64,000 nucleotides of DNA from an uncultured bacterium (GTDB lineage: Bacteria > Fermentibacterota > Fermentibacteria > Fermentibacterales > JCC-6), in NCBI GenBank assembly GCA_965371785.1, contig CBDUZS010000001.1:5297-69296 (forward strand), read 5' to 3'. The first letter of the stretch is position 1. The number at the start of each line of letters is the position of its first letter. Below the pieces are notes generated by a model that did not search any database, had not been told where the DNA came from, and saw nothing but the letters and a program-made list of their open reading frames with translations. Shown piece after piece: positions 27,974 through 38,442 of the stretch. The position numbers were made by a program, and so were the translations under genes.

Positions 27974-29758
27974 ATGCCAGGACCGATCCTGATCCAGCTT
28001 CCGCTCAATACGGGAGCACCGGTGGAACCCACAGGAAACGTACCCCTTGCTGGAGCCTATCTATCGTCTGCGGCAGGCCTGCCGGTGCATTCAGTACTTC
28101 CGCAGGAGAAGACCGACATTCTCGGTGATCGAGCCATTGTCGATGAGATTCTTTCGAGAGATCCTTCGGCAGCCGGATTCACACTCTACTCATGGAATGC
28201 TGAAAGAAGCCTCTACATCGCGGGGAAACTCAGGGAGCGGCTGCCTGACCTTCTGACAGTCGCAGGTGGCCCCGAAGTTTTTCGGGACAACGGCTGGTTG
28301 ATCAGCGACGATCGAATAGGTCTGTTCGTATCCGGCGAAGGCGAATCCGTTGCGGAAAGAGTTCTCGCGGGAGACATCGACATTCCGGCTGACCGGTTCA
28401 TCTCCGCAGGCAGCTGCAGCGATCCACCGGGGAAATGGCCCAATCCCTACCTTTCCGGGCACCTCGACCCTCGCAGCGGCGGTTCGGTCTACATGGAGAC
28501 GATCAGGGGTTGTTCGAGTTCCTGCATCTACTGCTCCTACAGAAGGATTTCACCGGTACCCAGAAGGATGGGTTACGATGAAGCGCTGATGCTGCTCGGA
28601 GAGCTGAAGAAGCAGGGCGCTGCCGAAATCGTCTTCCTCGACCCGACGTTCAACGGAAGAGACGATCTCCTTCCTCTGCTGGACGGCATGTCCTCACTAG
28701 AGCTCACATGCTGGGGAGAGATGAGGGGTGAGCTCATAGACGGAGAAACCGCCAGAAGAATAAGGCATGCAGGTTTCACTGCCGTCGAAATCGGTATCCA
28801 GTCATTGACGGGTGAACTTTCGGGAAGCATCGGGCGCGGTGGTGATCCCCTCATGGCAATGGAGGGAGCATTGCACCTGAGAGATGCAGGAGTTGAACCG
28901 GTGATGGATCTGATCCTCGGCCTGCCCGGTGAAACTCCCGCACAGTCGATTGCAGGCGCTTCTGCGTTGAAGACCTCAGGGCTGCATTCCTCTCTCCAGG
29001 TGTTCATTCTATCCCTTCTGCCGGGTACTGAGATCAGAGCCCGAGCGGCTGAATACGGAATCAGCTTCATGGATAGGCCGCCTTACTACGTTCTCTCGCT
29101 GCCGGATATCTCGAGCAGTGATCTTCTATCTGCAAGAGAGGCAATGGCAGACGTGGTTGGTTTCGATCTCGACCTCCAGACCCGTCCGCTCCTGTTCGAT
29201 GACTGGCCTGGAACCGAAAGGTTCGACCTGAGCCGTCCACAGGATCTCCCGGAACCACCCTCCTTCAGACACGGTTCCCTGGTTCTGAGTTCGGATGACT
29301 TCTGGAAGCACAGGTATGAGCTGATTCGTCATGTGACGAGAAGGCGTAATGCAGACCCGTTCTGTGTTCTCGATCTCGTTCTTCGACCGGAACGGGAATT
29401 TCCCCTTGACGTGATAGACATTATCGGGAAACTGGACGTTGCGGTTGATCACGCCGGGAGAGCGGCCGAGTTCCTTGAAAGGCAGGGAAATCTCCGTGTA
29501 TCCGTTCTTCTGGAAGACTATGCAGGTTTCGATCAGGACTGGTTAGAAGAGCTCTCGTCGGTCTGCAGAGTGGTAGTCGATGTGCGCGAACCGGACGATC
29601 TGCCCGAAGAGCTCTGGAAGAAGAACATCTCCATAAGGCTTCCGGGCGAGTGGGACGCCGCGAACCTCTCCGGCAGTGTACCCTACACCGATCAGGTCTT
29701 CTTCAAATCCCAGGAGATGGAGACCGTCTGGAGCAGGGATATTCTGGGGCTGTCCTGA
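27974..29758 (+). CDS. B12-binding radical SAM protein
   Basis: N-terminal B12 domain (FTLYSWN, VAGGPEV, VSGEGE); ETIRGCSSSCIYC; EIGIQS; DLILGLPGET; LLPGT. Confidence 0.88.
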   Translation: MPGPILIQLPLNTGAPVEPTGNVPLAGAYLSSAAGLPVHSVLPQEKTDILGDRAIVDEILSRDPSAAGFTLYSWNAERSLYIAGKLRERLPDLLTVAGGPEVFRDNGWLISDDRIGLFVSGEGESVAERVLAGDIDIPADRFISAGSCSDPPGKWPNPYLSGHLDPRSGGSVYMETIRGCSSSCIYCSYRRISPVPRRMGYDEALMLLGELKKQGAAEIVFLDPTFNGRDDLLPLLDGMSSLELTCWGEMRGELIDGETARRIRHAGFTAVEIGIQSLTGELSGSIGRGGDPLMAMEGALHLRDAGVEPVMDLILGLPGETPAQSIAGASALKTSGLHSSLQVFILSLLPGTEIRARAAEYGISFMDRPPYYVLSLPDISSSDLLSAREAMADVVGFDLDLQTRPLLFDDWPGTERFDLSRPQDLPEPPSFRHGSLVLSSDDFWKHRYELIRHVTRRRNADPFCVLDLVLRPEREFPLDVIDIIGKLDVAVDHAGRAAEFLERQGNLRVSVLLEDYAGFDQDWLEELSSVCRVVVDVREPDDLPEELWKKNISIRLPGEWDAANLSGSVPYTDQVFFKSQEMETVWSRDILGLS

Positions 29759-29774
29759 GAACTGGATACAGAAG

Positions 29775-29819
29775 CATCGTGAAGGGGGAAGGCATTACAC
29801 CTTCCCCCTTCAAACGATG
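29775..29819. terminator. Hairpin between convergent genes, probable bidirectional terminator
   Basis: GAAGGGGGAAGG-cattaca-CCTTCCCCCTTC, extended by CATCGT/ACGATG. Confidence 0.75.
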
Positions 29820-29830
29820 TCGGATCCTCT

Positions 29831-32236
29831 CTACCGGAGAACCATCACAGAGGAAGTTCCCGAGAAGCCGGCCGTCGACAGACGCAGGTGATAGATCCCC
29901 GCAGGAACGATATCTCCGTTGCCGTCGGTGAGGTCCCATACGAGACTGTGGGCTCCGGGCTGGAGATCTGCATCGAGAAGTGTCCCGATCTTCCTGCCAA
30001 GAAGGTCGAACACGTCCACTGTAACAGCGGAAGGTGCCGCGATACTGAAATCCAGAACGGCCGTGGTGTACGCGGGGCTCGGGTGGACCGGGCTCAACCC
30101 GCTGACGGGCTGAAGCGGTGTCTGCGTATCCTCGACAGCCACACCGTTCACCGTAATGGATCCCTGGTACGTGTGGAAATTGCGTGCCCACACGGTGACG
30201 TCTATGGTTCCGGTGGTCAGCGGTTCCACGTAGATGTTCACCTGGCCGGTACCGTCAGTCGTGTCGACTTCGTAGATCTCACCTGTCTGCCAGTCACCCT
30301 TCTGCAGACATACTCTGGCGTTCTGCACAGGTGCCCTGCCGTCGGTGACGGTAACCAGAATCGTTGTTGCTCCGTTTATCGAGGAAACATGGCTGACCGA
30401 CAATTCGGCTGCTTCCTCGGTCCAGATCGGAAGCTCGGGATCACCGAACAGATTGTATTCCTTTATCGCCCAGTCGGAGTAGATGCTCTCCGGCGGGCAG
30501 TAGTAATCCATGCTGGTGCCGTGTGCTATTCCGAGGTTGAAGATATCCGTTTCCCAGTGATCCTGGTAGAAGCGAATGCAGAGCATCTCGCTCGGTCCTT
30601 TGCAGGCGCCTGCGAAATTTCCCCAGCCGGATCGGCTGTTGAAGCATCCGAAACCTCCACCGTTGGGTGAAGCGAGCCATGCATCGGCACAGCATTCGTA
30701 ACCATCCAGCTGACCAATGTTGCATGCTATCGACTGCCACAGTGCGGGAAGGCCCCCGTCAGCGATATTGGTCTGTGCCATTATCATGGCAGTTGTGTAA
30801 CTGCTTCCCCCGGATGTCCACATCGAGGTCTGGCTGCCGTGGCTGGCATGGTATACGTGGTTTGGGCCGGCATTTATCATCGCGACGGTGATGGCGGCAC
30901 TGTTGGTTCCCGTGGACTCGTAGCACTTCTCCTCTTCCCAATCGATACCAGGGACAAAGGTCGATATGGATTCCGCGCTTGCGCTGCCGGGAATGTAGGG
31001 TGAAGACCAGAGGATCCCCGTCGTGTACCCAATTCTGAGTTCGATGGGAGCGGTCTCGAAATAGTCCACCGACTGGATACCCTCGTAGATGAAAACCTTG
31101 TCGACGAAAAGGTCGGCTTCGGAAGCGGAGTTGACGCTTGCCCTGCCCACCCAGAGATCGGGATGGTAGTCGACCTGGTCCCATCCTCCTGGCTGAGGGT
31201 ACTGGTAGGGGTAGGGTACTTCGCCCCACACGGTGTTTCCGTTGGCATTCCACAGGTCTGCGCCTGGAGCGGTGTCGTTGATATCAGCGAAGTAGAGATC
31301 GGACGGGGCTATGGTCGAGTAGCTGGCCGATCCGACGAGCATGGCATCACGGCACTCCACCTTGTCGTCGTCGCCGAATATCAGTACGTAATCGGCGCCC
31401 TCGTCTCTGCAGTCCGTGAGGAAGGCTCTCATCTCCTGCTGGAGATCGGCACATGTGTACTGGGATTGTACCCATGTAGTCGTGTAGACGTTTGCCGGGA
31501 TGCCCTTCGAAGTCTTCCAGTCCGCCAGTTCCTGCGCCTGAGTCTCGTAGTCCGGGCTGGTGATGATCACGTACTGTCCCCAGACGAGATCTTTCGGCTC
31601 GACAAGCATCGCTCCGGATGCGGAGACTCCCTCGGGGTTGACCACAAGCCTTCTTGCTATCTCCATTGCCTGTTCTTCACTTGCCGCAGTTCGTCTGAGG
31701 ACCAGCCGGACCGATGGATCGTCCTCGTATACGATCTTCAAAGTCATGCTCTCGAGAACCTGCAGACTCCTGCTGGCTGGATTCCATCTTACCGGGTGAA
31801 CGGCGATGTACGCCATCGGTATGCCCCAGTACACACTGGAGCTGAATAAATCTGCTCTGCTCGAAGGAAAGAAGGTGTCGCGGCTGTAGATATGCTCGTC
31901 CGGCAGAGCCTGAACGTAGTCCATCTCAACCGAAATGGGCACCGGCTCGTTTGCGGGCATAATGTCATAGCCCCCGAAGAGGGTACCGTAGTCCGCGTCG
32001 ATGACTTCGATTGCAGTTGCCCTGCATCCCGTGGGAAGAGCCACCCGTATCGGCATGATCGGAAGGCATGGGGCTCCTTCGGTGTTGATGGCCGGCAGGC
32101 CATCAATAACAACGGCTGTGTACACACCTTCATCGACAAGACAGACCTCTGAACCATCGAATGGGACCGTTACAATCAATTCACCTGACAGGGAGACGGA
32201 TGCAATACAAAGGAGAACTGTAAACACTCTGAGCAT
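29831..32236 (-). CDS. Gingipain-like C25 cysteine peptidase with propeptide and FlgD/T9SS-like C-terminal domain
   Basis: Signal peptide; propeptide GAPCLP; YVIIT...LADWKTSKG; SDLYFAD; VGRAS; HASHG; IACNIG; YNLFGDP; WDLTDGNGDIVPAGIYHLRL. Confidence 0.9.
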   Translation of the reverse strand: MLRVFTVLLCIASVSLSGELIVTVPFDGSEVCLVDEGVYTAVVIDGLPAINTEGAPCLPIMPIRVALPTGCRATAIEVIDADYGTLFGGYDIMPANEPVPISVEMDYVQALPDEHIYSRDTFFPSSRADLFSSSVYWGIPMAYIAVHPVRWNPASRSLQVLESMTLKIVYEDDPSVRLVLRRTAASEEQAMEIARRLVVNPEGVSASGAMLVEPKDLVWGQYVIITSPDYETQAQELADWKTSKGIPANVYTTTWVQSQYTCADLQQEMRAFLTDCRDEGADYVLIFGDDDKVECRDAMLVGSASYSTIAPSDLYFADINDTAPGADLWNANGNTVWGEVPYPYQYPQPGGWDQVDYHPDLWVGRASVNSASEADLFVDKVFIYEGIQSVDYFETAPIELRIGYTTGILWSSPYIPGSASAESISTFVPGIDWEEEKCYESTGTNSAAITVAMINAGPNHVYHASHGSQTSMWTSGGSSYTTAMIMAQTNIADGGLPALWQSIACNIGQLDGYECCADAWLASPNGGGFGCFNSRSGWGNFAGACKGPSEMLCIRFYQDHWETDIFNLGIAHGTSMDYYCPPESIYSDWAIKEYNLFGDPELPIWTEEAAELSVSHVSSINGATTILVTVTDGRAPVQNARVCLQKGDWQTGEIYEVDTTDGTGQVNIYVEPLTTGTIDVTVWARNFHTYQGSITVNGVAVEDTQTPLQPVSGLSPVHPSPAYTTAVLDFSIAAPSAVTVDVFDLLGRKIGTLLDADLQPGAHSLVWDLTDGNGDIVPAGIYHLRLSTAGFSGTSSVMVLR

Positions 32237-32437
32237 CAGTTCTTCCTCCTTCCACAGAACTATTATGTGTTTCGTGGGGCAGGTACAAACACGCTAATGG
32301 TTGATCTGATGTAAATTACATAAGCCATCCATGTTTGCATCGCAAGCCTGGAGGCTGGATGTATCTCACGTATCTACCTGGTTGTCGTACGACTACGGAT
32401 CTTATCGATGATATTTCACTGGCGGTGGAAGTCCTGC

Positions 32438-33055
32438 TCAGCTGTGGTTATTCGATTTCCTGAGCGCGTCGGGTACCGGCTGCTTCCTGTCGTACACAAG
32501 CGGAGCCCTTCCCTCTTCGACGTGCAGGATTTCCCTGCCCTCTCGGTGCCCGTGCTCAAAGGCTTTCAGGTTCTTCTTGATGAACCTTTGGGGAACGGTT
32601 TCCGTAATCGAGCTGGTCCATGATTCCAGATTGAAGTACCGCGTCAGTGCGGCAAGCATCCCGAGAGCCATGAGGTTGGCCATCAACGGGGTGTCGAAGA
32701 GTTCAATCGACTTTGCCGTAAAAGGATACTCGTAGACTTTGCCCATGGGAAGCTGGTCGATGAAAGTAGAGTCCACCAGTATGATTCCACTTTCCTTGAC
32801 GTTCCCGCTGAATTTGTCGGCACTCTCCTGGTTCAGAGCCAGAAGAACATCCAGTTCCCTGCAGTTCGGAAAGAGGATCTCTCTCCTGGATATTATGATA
32901 TCCGTTTTGCTCGAACCTCCGCGTGCTTCCGGACCGTAACTCTGGGTCTGGCAGACGTTGTAGTCCTCCTTTATGGCAACCAGCGAGAAGATTCGCCCGG
33001 CCAGCCCCAATCCCTGGCCGCCTGATCCGGAAAGCCTTATCTCGGAGTACTTCAT
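32438..33055 (-). CDS. 2-oxoacid:ferredoxin oxidoreductase gamma subunit
   Basis: IRLSGSGGQG, QSYGPEARGGSS. Confidence 0.92.
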   Translation of the reverse strand: MKYSEIRLSGSGGQGLGLAGRIFSLVAIKEDYNVCQTQSYGPEARGGSSKTDIIISRREILFPNCRELDVLLALNQESADKFSGNVKESGIILVDSTFIDQLPMGKVYEYPFTAKSIELFDTPLMANLMALGMLAALTRYFNLESWTSSITETVPQRFIKKNLKAFEHGHREGREILHVEEGRAPLVYDRKQPVPDALRKSNNHS

Positions 33056-33891
33056 TTTGCCGCCCCCGCTCTGGCCTTCTCGCAGAGTTCGTCGTAACGC
33101 TCCAGGTAACTGGGTACATCTCTGTTCACGAAGATACCCCTCACCGTTTTTCCCCTGGTTTTCTCGGGAGGCAGCTTCTCAGCCTGTTTCATGTTAACAG
33201 TCGTGTCCCTGAGAAGCTCCATCATTGCGACCGCATCTCCCTGTCTGTTTGCCCTGCCGTAATTCGTCGGGCATGGGGCAAGAGCCTCGACCACGCTGAA
33301 GCCTTTCTTCTCGAAGGCCTGTTTGATGAGCTTGTCCAGCTCCATCACATGATACACCGTTCCCCTTGCCACGAAACTGGCACCGGCGCCCTTCATGAGC
33401 TCACAGATATCGAAGACGGGTTCAATCATTCCGTAAGGGGTCGTTGACGTTTTCATGTTGGGAGGAGTGGTTGGAGAGAATTGGCCTCCCGTCATTCCGT
33501 AGTTGTTGTTGTTCACGATTATAGCGGTGATATCGATATTACGCCTTGCAGCGTGGATGATGTGATTCCCACCGATAGCAAGCGCATCGCCATCACCCAT
33601 GACAGCCATCACCTGCAGATCGGGGTTCGCCATCTTTGCTCCCGTGCCAAAGGCAAGAGCTCTCCCGTGAGTGGTGTGGAGGGTGTTGAAATCAACGTAT
33701 ACCGGCATTCTGGATGTGCATCCAATACCGGAAACCATCAGGATATCGTTCAGCTCCCACTTGAGTGAGTCTATCGCCCGGATGATGGAGCCGAGCACTA
33801 TTCCTATTCCACACCCGGAACACCAGACATGGGGAAATCTCTTTCTGTGTCTGAGGTACTTGTATTCGTCGGGGAGTCTGGAGGCCATCAC
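33052..33891 (-). CDS. 2-oxoacid:ferredoxin oxidoreductase beta subunit
   Basis: WCSGCG, SGIGC, HTTHGRA, GDGDALAIGGNH, YGMTGGQFSPTTP. Confidence 0.93.
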   Translation of the reverse strand: MMASRLPDEYKYLRHRKRFPHVWCSGCGIGIVLGSIIRAIDSLKWELNDILMVSGIGCTSRMPVYVDFNTLHTTHGRALAFGTGAKMANPDLQVMAVMGDGDALAIGGNHIIHAARRNIDITAIIVNNNNYGMTGGQFSPTTPPNMKTSTTPYGMIEPVFDICELMKGAGASFVARGTVYHVMELDKLIKQAFEKKGFSVVEALAPCPTNYGRANRQGDAVAMMELLRDTTVNMKQAEKLPPEKTRGKTVRGIFVNRDVPSYLERYDELCEKARAGAAK

Positions 33892-35030
33892 ATCACCTCC
33901 AGTACTTTGGCTACGATCTCCTCAGGTGTGATCTCGTACCCATCCACCCTGTGAAGTGGTACGACCCTGACGCTGTCGACGGTCATCCTCTCCACCTCGT
34001 GTATCATCTGTCCCTGGTTGAGTTCGGCTACGATAAGGACGTCCTTGTCGTCCAGCATCTCTTTGGCCTTCCGATCGGGGAAAGGCCAGAGCGTGACCGG
34101 TCTGAAGACGCCCACCTTTTTCCTCTTCCTCGACAGGATCTCCTGTGCGGCCAGTGCGGAACGGTATACGGACCCGTAAGCGAATATCACTACTCTGCTT
34201 CCCTCTATTCCGTGAGCCATGACATCTTCGAAGGCATCGAGCCTCCGTGTGATCTTGTGCTTTATCCTCACCATCTTGGCATTGACCTCGTCAACCTTCC
34301 TGGTTGGAAATCCGTATGGATCATGCATGAGCCCCGTAACGTGGAACCTGTAGCCCGAGCCGTAGCTCGCCATCGGGGAAACACCAGAGGCCGTGGGATG
34401 GTAATGCTCGTACCACTCGACTGGAACATCAGGTTCAAGGCGGTGTCTTACTATCACATCCTCCCTGCTGGGGAAGGTGATTCGCTCTCTCATGTGACCG
34501 ATGATCTCGTCCGGCATCAGGATGACAGGTGTTCTGAATTCCTCGGACAGGTTGAATGCCCTTACCGTGAGTTCGAAACACTCTCGAACGTTGCAGGGAA
34601 TAAGGACGATAACGGGATGATCACCATGTGTGCCCCATCTCGCCTGCATGACGTCTCCCTGAGATGCCTGGGTTGGAAGACCGGTCGATGGCCCCCCCCT
34701 CATGACGTTGACCAGAACAAGAGGAACCTCGGTAAGGCAGGCGTATCCGAGACCTTCCTGCATGAGGCTGAAGCCGGGACCGCTAGTGGCGGTCATGACC
34801 TTTGCTCCCGCCAGACTGGCTCCGATGAGAGCACTGATACTCGCGATCTCATCCTCCATCTGGATCCACTTCTTGCCCTTGAGAGGAAGATACTTCGCAA
34901 GGAATTCGGCAATCTCGGTGGATGGTGTAATAGGATACCCGGCAAAGAAGTCAATCCCCGCAGCGACGGCACCAAGAGCTACGGCTTCATTACCCTGAAC
35001 AAGCCTTGTTTCACCCCATGGAACTATCAC
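33888..35030 (-). CDS. 2-oxoacid:ferredoxin oxidoreductase alpha subunit
   Basis: GNEAVA, FAGYPITPSTE, QMEDEIAS, TATSGPGFSLMQE, RGGPSTGLPT. Confidence 0.93.
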   Translation of the reverse strand: MIVPWGETRLVQGNEAVALGAVAAGIDFFAGYPITPSTEIAEFLAKYLPLKGKKWIQMEDEIASISALIGASLAGAKVMTATSGPGFSLMQEGLGYACLTEVPLVLVNVMRGGPSTGLPTQASQGDVMQARWGTHGDHPVIVLIPCNVRECFELTVRAFNLSEEFRTPVILMPDEIIGHMRERITFPSREDVIVRHRLEPDVPVEWYEHYHPTASGVSPMASYGSGYRFHVTGLMHDPYGFPTRKVDEVNAKMVRIKHKITRRLDAFEDVMAHGIEGSRVVIFAYGSVYRSALAAQEILSRKRKKVGVFRPVTLWPFPDRKAKEMLDDKDVLIVAELNQGQMIHEVERMTVDSVRVVPLHRVDGYEITPEEIVAKVLEVM

Positions 35031-35347
35031 AGGCCATCACCCTCTTCCGTGGACTGGATTCCTGTGTCGGGATCTTCCTCCTCGTGATTCCTGTCGCACT
35101 CGATTACGGAAATCGCAAGGTCAGGACAGCGTCTTGCACACAGGAAGCATCGAATGCAATTCTCCTCGTGTACAACATGAGCCTTCTGGTCATTCCCCAT
35201 CTCCAGAACCTGCTTGGGGCAGAAAGCAACGCAGATCCTGCAACCTTTGCACCACTCCGAGAAGATATGAACCGCAGGCTCGGAGCATTTATCCTCTTCT
35301 TTACCATTATCGATGGCTACTGGCGCATCTGAGGGCTTCTCAGACAT
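35027..35347 (-). CDS. 2-oxoacid:ferredoxin oxidoreductase delta subunit (2x4Fe-4S)
   Basis: CKGCRICVAFCP and CIRCFLCARRCP. Confidence 0.9.
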   Translation of the reverse strand: MSEKPSDAPVAIDNGKEEDKCSEPAVHIFSEWCKGCRICVAFCPKQVLEMGNDQKAHVVHEENCIRCFLCARRCPDLAISVIECDRNHEEEDPDTGIQSTEEGDGL

Positions 35348-35470
35348 GGAACCTACACCTCCGCTATTCCACAAAGCCTCTTAAGACTCATCCGGGTGAG
35401 CACAGACAGGGGTTCATCCGGACTCCCACCACGAATGATCCCCTGGAATGAACTCATTCCGCCCTACCAG

Positions 35471-36796
35471 TTATCCGGTTAACGGTCTCAGGACTTCGGC
35501 AATATCAGGTTTGCCGATCTCCTGCAGATCGTACTTCACTCTGACAAAAGGCTTATTGATACTGATAATTCTACTGAGATCTATAGGAGTGGCAATGACC
35601 ACGCAATCACAGTCGGCCGAGTTGATGGTCTCTTCGAGGTCCCTTATCTGCGATTCACCATAGCCCATTGCAGGCAGAACAACAACTTCTTCGACATCGG
35701 CATAAAACCGATCGAATGTCTCAACGATCGAACCGACTGCATACTGTCTCGGGTCCACGTAGTCAGCTGCGCCGAATCTCTCGGCAGCAACGTATCCGGC
35801 TCCGTACTCCATTTCACCATGGGTGAGAGTCGGGCCATCTTCGACTACGAGAACGGTGCTGCCGGTTATGAGTGACGGATTGTCAACCGAAACCGGGCTC
35901 GCGGCTTCAATAACCACCGCATCGGGATTCGCCGCCCGGACGTTTGCTCTTACCTCGTCAACATCTTCCGGGTAGGCACTATCTATCTTGTTGATCACAA
36001 CAACGTCTGCAAGCCTGAGATTTGTCTGGCCCGGATAGTAGGAAATCTCATGACCAGGCCTGTGCGGGTCGACGACGACGATCGTCAGATCCGGTTTGTA
36101 GAAAGATGTATCGTTGTTGCCGCCATCCCAGAGGATCACATCCGCTTCCTTCTCGGCTTCACGGAGGATTGCCTCGTAATCAACTCCCGCATAAACGATG
36201 ATACCCTTGCAGATATGAGGCTCGTACTCCTCCATCTCCTCGATAGTGCAGCCATGCTTCACAAGATCTTCGATCGTTGCGAAACGCTGAACCCTCTGTT
36301 TCACCAGGTCACCGTAAGGCATCGGGTGTCTTATGGCGACAACCTTCTTTCCGGCAGCCTGGAGAACTTCCGCGACCTTTCTCGTGGTCTGGCTCTTACC
36401 GCATCCCGTGCGTACAGCGCAGACCGCAACCACGGGCTTCGAACTGCTGACCATAGTGCGTTCTGCGCTCAGCATTGTGAAATCGGCTCCAGCCGCATTC
36501 ACCCTGCTCACCAGCTCCATGACCGTATGATCGGAGAGATCGCTGTAGGACAGTACGCACAACTCGATCCGCTCGCCGCGAATAACATTCTCCAGATCGT
36601 CCAGAGGGATGATAGGAATACCCTCGGGATACAGGTTTCCGGCAAGCTCCGGAGGGTACTTTCTTCCATCGATATCCGGAATCTGAGTTGCAGTGAAGGC
36701 AACCACGTGATATTTGTCGTTGTCACGGTAAACGATGTTGAAGTTGTGGAAATCGCGCCCTGCTGCGCCTAGAAGGAGTGTTCTGATCCCGCTCAT
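35471..36796 (-). CDS. Cyclic 2,3-diphosphoglycerate synthetase-like P-loop protein (possible arginine synthetase ArcE-type)
   Basis: GAAGRDFHNFN, AFTATQIPDI, AVRTGCGKSQT, RHPMPYGDL, WDGGNND, EDGPTLTHG. ATG 36796 follows AAGGA. Confidence 0.75.
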   Translation of the reverse strand: MSGIRTLLLGAAGRDFHNFNIVYRDNDKYHVVAFTATQIPDIDGRKYPPELAGNLYPEGIPIIPLDDLENVIRGERIELCVLSYSDLSDHTVMELVSRVNAAGADFTMLSAERTMVSSSKPVVAVCAVRTGCGKSQTTRKVAEVLQAAGKKVVAIRHPMPYGDLVKQRVQRFATIEDLVKHGCTIEEMEEYEPHICKGIIVYAGVDYEAILREAEKEADVILWDGGNNDTSFYKPDLTIVVVDPHRPGHEISYYPGQTNLRLADVVVINKIDSAYPEDVDEVRANVRAANPDAVVIEAASPVSVDNPSLITGSTVLVVEDGPTLTHGEMEYGAGYVAAERFGAADYVDPRQYAVGSIVETFDRFYADVEEVVVLPAMGYGESQIRDLEETINSADCDCVVIATPIDLSRIISINKPFVRVKYDLQEIGKPDIAEVLRPLTG

Positions 36797-37071
36797 TGTC
36801 GTCCTTTCCGCAAGTTGTGTATGGTCTTGCGGGAAAGCAACAGCGAGCCGATTCTGCGGCTCGGCCTCTCCCATCTGCAAATGCAAGCCCCAGGCCAGCA
36901 TGTTGACCTACCCTACGCGCGATGGATGGAACCCCTGACATGGGTCAAAGGTTGGAAAACGCGTGTAAATCAGCATGAATCTCTGGAAGAATTTTCTGAT
37001 TGTCAACTCGTCACCAGCACATGTATCGGAGGGGTGGAGCCTGGGCAGAAATCTCAATGATCGGGCATTTC

Positions 37072-38388
37072 CTACCTTATGTAGCCAAGTCCCTGGAGAT
37101 CCTCCCGGATCTGTTCACCCGATACGGGGGAGGGTTCTCCCAGCGGCGGGGTTGTCCAGTAGAGTTCGAGAGCCTCGATAAGATCGGGATCAGGTTCTGC
37201 AGGACTACGTTCCCCCGGATCGACCTCGAGATCGAACATTCTGTTCTCACCGGTGCCGAAATTAACAACCGCTTTCCTGTAGCCGACAAGGATGGATGCG
37301 ATATCTTCGAAATCCTCTAATTGCGAGTTCACAAGAAAACACCTGTCCGGAGAGACACCACTCGAAGGAACAGCCCTTTGGCCATGAGGTTCGAGAAGGT
37401 TCACACCTTCGACTTCCGGAGGGGTCGGCAGCCCCGCAAATCCCATGACAGTAGGGAGGATATCGATCTGTGCCGCCAGGGTTGAATCGACTACTCCCCC
37501 GGGGATACCAGGGCCTGTGATGATGAGGGGAACGTGCAGCTGCTCCTGGTACAGATCGTGACCGTGCCCCCACCGGCCGTGCTCGAGGAATTCCTCTCCA
37601 TGATCGGATGTGACGATTATGAGTGTGTTGCCGGACAAGCCCCTCGAGCGAAGCTCCGCAAAGAATCTTCCCAGCTCACTGTCCACCCAGGATATCTCGC
37701 CATCGTACATGTCCAGCAGGTGATCTCTGTCTTCGGGATTCAGCAGTTCGCCTTCTTCGATTTCCCAGCCGGTTACACCTTCAGCTCCTGATTCCGAGAA
37801 CCGCCTGTCGAATGGACCGGGAGGATCGTAGGGAGCGTGTACGTCGAACAGATGCATGACGATGAGCAGAGGTCCTGGATTGCCCCGGTTTTCATGAAGC
37901 CATTCGAGGACCTCTGAGACGGTTTCCGCAGCGCGTCCGTTTCCATCGGCGCAGAATGCGTAATGATCGAACCCGTTCGCAAACCCGAAATCAGGGTTGA
38001 GAAGCACTACGTTGACGAAACCCAGCGTGACGTATCCTTCTTCCTTCAGAAGGGTTGCAATGTTCTGCAATTCGGGGTCAAGACCATAGTCTATGCCGCT
38101 CCTGTTTCCTGCCATGTGCGATGTGACCGTAAGACCGGTCCAGATAGAGGCGTGGGCCGGTAGAGTCCATGGAGCCTGGGCCTGACATCTCGAAAACCGG
38201 ATTCCCGAAGCTGCAAGGCTGTCGAGTACAGGTGAAGTATCCCTGCCGTAGCCGTAACATCCAAGATGATCTGCCCTGAGAGTATCGATGATTATCAGCA
38301 CCACATTCGGTTTATCGCTCCCCCCCGGGGCGCACCCGAATTCGATGGCCATGAACAGCACCAGGAGAAGGCATGTTCTCTTCGTCAT
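37072..38388 (-). CDS. Sulfatase-like (alkaline phosphatase superfamily) lipoprotein
   Basis: Lipobox EFGC; PNVVLIIIDTLRADH; APWTLPAHASIWTG; HAPY; TSDHGEEFLEH. Confidence 0.85.
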   Translation of the reverse strand: MTKRTCLLLVLFMAIEFGCAPGGSDKPNVVLIIIDTLRADHLGCYGYGRDTSPVLDSLAASGIRFSRCQAQAPWTLPAHASIWTGLTVTSHMAGNRSGIDYGLDPELQNIATLLKEEGYVTLGFVNVVLLNPDFGFANGFDHYAFCADGNGRAAETVSEVLEWLHENRGNPGPLLIVMHLFDVHAPYDPPGPFDRRFSESGAEGVTGWEIEEGELLNPEDRDHLLDMYDGEISWVDSELGRFFAELRSRGLSGNTLIIVTSDHGEEFLEHGRWGHGHDLYQEQLHVPLIITGPGIPGGVVDSTLAAQIDILPTVMGFAGLPTPPEVEGVNLLEPHGQRAVPSSGVSPDRCFLVNSQLEDFEDIASILVGYRKAVVNFGTGENRMFDLEVDPGERSPAEPDPDLIEALELYWTTPPLGEPSPVSGEQIREDLQGLGYIR

Positions 38389-38442
38389 GTAACCACCCTT
38401 ACAGCGCATCTCCCGTCTGCGGTATTCGGCATCATGCGGGGA

